Assembly (NCBI RefSeq): GCF_055900595.2
Contig: NZ_CM148325.1
Direction: 5' to 3' (one strand)
DNA: 64,000 nt
In this document: one piece after another, positions 58,998 through 64,000 of the stretch
Layout: each line of letters begins with the position of its first letter
Position numbering within the stretch: the first letter of the stretch is position 1
Notes under the pieces: generated by a model
Told to the model about the DNA's origin: nothing
The model's database searches: none
The model's input: only the letters and a program-made list of their open reading frames with translations
Position numbers and translations under genes: made by a program

Positions 58998-60161
58998 TTA
59001 TCTGGAATCGATTTGGCTGTTCTGCCTGGTTGCCACCAAATCATGGTACGCCTGCTCAATCATTTCATTCAGCAGTTTTTTTGGGAGGACACCACGACTT
59101 CGGGCAATACTTTCAAGCTGTTTGTGGATTTTTCCGGACAGTTTCAGAGGGACGGAACCATCAGCACGTTCATCACGCCTTTTTTGTTGCTCCCGGGCAC
59201 TTTTCAGCTCATCAAGAAGAATCGCTTTATGCTGAATCCTGGGGGCCTGGAAGGAGACCTGCGTAAACTTCGCTCTGTTCCGTCTGGGATTACTTTCCAG
59301 TAAAAACTGTACCTGTTGCTCATTCCAGCCCTCCCAGTTATCAAACGTGGCGCAGGCAAACCAGTATTTCTGCTCCGGGGTAAGGGGATTCAGCGGGGTT
59401 CCCACACACCGGACCTGCATGGCGTTCCATAACCAGTCACACTGTTCACTGTCCCTGCTGTCCACCCACGAAAAGGGGGAGGGGTAATCATTGTTTATGC
59501 TGGCCCATTCAGAGAATACTGAGTTGATAATCGTCCTCGTAGCCTCTGGTCCGGATTTCAGCAGGTAACTGGAGCAGAACCATATAATTTCACGGTAGAT
59601 TTTATCCGGATGCACGGTGCGCATCGGCTTTTCTCTGGGACCGGCAATCTTCGGTTGCGATGGAAACCCCGTGGCAAACCGCAGATGTTCCGGGGGCATT
59701 CCTGAACGTTTTTCAGGAATGGGTGTGAGTCCTGCGTTTCTGGTCTTTTCCGCTTGTCCGGTATTGCCTCCGGCCGGAGTGTTGTCGGGAGTATCTTCCG
59801 GAGGCGAGGTGTTTTCATTAGTTGGGGGAACAACAGCAGAACTGTCCATCTCCGGAATGGGTTGAGGGGCATAATCACTGTGGTAGCCAGGGGAAAGCGT
59901 TAAGTCCCGAAGGGTGACATCAGGTTCCGGGCAGTGAGTGCCACCGGGAGTGAACGGGAGTTGTTGCTTTTGGGAGAAAAATGTATTGTGAATGCGGGTA
60001 TACAGCTGGAACAGAAAAAAATAAGATGCCCGTGGTTCTTTTTTTAACCACTGTGTATATTCCTCTATGGCACCGAGCTGTTGTTTGTGCCGTTTTACAG
60101 CATCGATATACGGACAGCTGGTGCAGATATCATCCAGTTCCTTTCCCACAATACACCTCAC
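58998..60161 (-). CDS. Hypothetical island protein
   Basis: 387-aa ORF with a Pro/Thr-rich low-complexity centre and a basic C-terminus; start uncertain. Confidence 0.45.
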   Translation of the reverse strand: MRCIVGKELDDICTSCPYIDAVKRHKQQLGAIEEYTQWLKKEPRASYFFLFQLYTRIHNTFFSQKQQLPFTPGGTHCPEPDVTLRDLTLSPGYHSDYAPQPIPEMDSSAVVPPTNENTSPPEDTPDNTPAGGNTGQAEKTRNAGLTPIPEKRSGMPPEHLRFATGFPSQPKIAGPREKPMRTVHPDKIYREIIWFCSSYLLKSGPEATRTIINSVFSEWASINNDYPSPFSWVDSRDSEQCDWLWNAMQVRCVGTPLNPLTPEQKYWFACATFDNWEGWNEQQVQFLLESNPRRNRAKFTQVSFQAPRIQHKAILLDELKSAREQQKRRDERADGSVPLKLSGKIHKQLESIARSRGVLPKKLLNEMIEQAYHDLVATRQNSQIDSR

Positions 60162-61680
60162 CTGCTTTTCTCACATTTGCAGATTTTAAAAAAGCAAACA
60201 AAAACCTCCGTACATGATGTACAGAACAATCTACCAGGTAGTGGCGTCAGAAAACCCCCGGGCCGCCTGCACTTTCCGGAATGCGCCGGTTATGAAAAAC
60301 CGGAAATTCAGTCTCTGTTGTAAGATGTACCCTCTGATACTACGTTTTCTCTGTGTATTTAACTCACTGTATTTATTGTCTTTTTAAGCTTGACTGATAT
60401 TCTCCGGTCATAGTGTGCCGGATATACATCCCGTAAACTTCTCATTTTTATATAAAAATACCTGCACTCTCTTCAGCGCATCTGTCTCCTTTAAGTAAAA
60501 AATGTTTTCACGTATTGCTGTAAATTCATTTTAAATCAGTATATTACCTTGATATTGCTGTCTCCTGGTTTGATGCGTAATCGTTCTGCCTTTCTGGATG
60601 ATTCTGGTGCTTCCGGGTGCATTCTCCTCTGCACATGCAACAGTTCGTCATCGCCACGCTCCCAAAAAGCATATAAAAACGAATCGAATTTGATATTTTT
60701 TTCAATCGTTTTTCATAGGAATTTCGTAGGGTATTCTCCGCTATAACCTCCATATTTGCTGCCTTTTTCTCCATAAATCGTATGCAATATAGCCTGTCTG
60801 TCAAGACCTCTTCTCTGCTGTTGAGGAGACGATCTCATTTTTGGTCTTTTCCGGGAGAGAGGCTGTCAGATGAGCGAGCCGGATATACTGTCAGAGGTAC
60901 ACCCCGTAGCAGACCTGTGCTCCCATTTCCGCGATCCGGAACCAACAACACCCTACGGTTAATACCATTTGAAGCGTCAGGTACTGCAGGAAGTTCCCCC
61001 CTGCGCGGACATCGGTTCCTGCCGACATCTCACAATACGGCCAGACTGTCATGCAGTAACACCCGCATGCGGTCTGCGGTTTTAAGCGCACTCTCCCGTT
61101 TTCAGTGCACCGATAATGCGTCATAGTAAGTCTGGGGGAAGTTACGGAATGCCTGTTAAGTGGTGCCGTGGGTGGAGACAGCTTACTTTTCTACAGCAAC
61201 TGCAGTCATTCAGGATGATCAGGAGATATTCTGTCAATGTCACGATCCTGCCATTTTCGTACCCGCTAAGATACTTCCGTTACTGATGCTGTCCGCTTTT
61301 CACCATTTCATCCTCACTGACAGGCGTTGCGTTTTGGGTCATCACCACAGCTTTACGTTTCTCTTTTAACCGGTAACGCTCTCCTTTGATATTCAGCGTG
61401 GTTGAGTGATGCAGCAGTCAATCCAGGAGCGCTGTTGTCCGGCAACCACCATATCAACTTCTTCCCGGGTGTGGCGGAGAGGTGGTATCCTGGCTGAGTT
61501 TCGAAGCGAACCGTTCTTTTTGACGGGCGCATTTTACGTCCGGGCTGAATGTAGTAACGCGGCATGGAACGTCGGCCCGTATACCATTGCCTTAATCTCC
61601 GCAAAGATAACCTCGTCATTCCGGACATTCTCTGCCAGGCATATGTCGATGTAATCCATAAACGATTTCAGCTTACCCCT

Positions 61681-63638
<1,958 letters not shown>

Positions 63639-64000
63639 TTTGTGGCCAGTCTTTCTGGCTGGCGGTTCAGGGGATGTTTTCTGGTTATCGTGTACCACAA
63701 AGCAGGGATATTGCCCCGATAGTCACATTTCAGATTGATCGCGGTCTGAAGATGTGGCACTGAGGTAACGTGCTGGTGTCACTGGTATTGCTGAAGTTAT
63801 GGTTTTTCGGGGTCAGGTGAGCCTGTTGTGTGTATGCTTTTTGTTCAGGTCAGAGGGGGACTGTGTGGACAGCGGCTTTTGTCTCCGGGCATTCACGCCT
63901 GAACGATGAATGCGATTTTCAGCAATATTTGTCTTTGTGACACTCTCTGGTTGAGAAGCTAATGCGCGCCCCTGTTTCCACAGAGAATGAGGCTTGCCAT

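Overview
This window is an Escherichia coli-type chromosomal segment covering, in order: the distal colanic-acid (wca) genes, galF, a low-GC Wzx/Wzy-dependent O-antigen cluster with an L-FucNAc-type (fnlABC-like) sugar pathway, gnd, ugd, wzzB, the complete his operon with its leader on the minus strand, and the core genes yeeZ to yeeX. From about 45.2 kb onward it is a CP4-44-like genomic island on the minus strand (yeeW, a frameshifted cbtA toxin, cbeA, yeeT, yeeS, an antirestriction gene, a DUF932 gene). The most interesting part is the island's cargo slot (about 49.5-55.1 kb): a tightly overlapping three-gene operon encoding a 798-aa dynamin-like GTPase, a 301-aa protein with no recognisable domain, and a patatin-like phospholipase, followed by low-GC genes for small secreted proteins. 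I do not recognise this as a described system and flag it as a candidate defence or membrane-remodelling module; this is inference from motifs only. Upstream, a YeeP/YfjP-type small GTPase gene is split by a complete IS66-family element with an 8-bp target duplication, and an IS100-like (IS21-family) element sits at the window end. Other notable points are an ISAs1-family H-repeat transposase gene between the ops/JUMPstart region and wzx, and a tandem REP/BIME array between wzxC and wcaK. No rRNA, tRNA or CRISPR was found. All identifications rest on reading the translations and sequence by eye; no searches were run. Hand-derived coordinates (alternative starts, repeats, IS ends) may be off by 1-3 bp.
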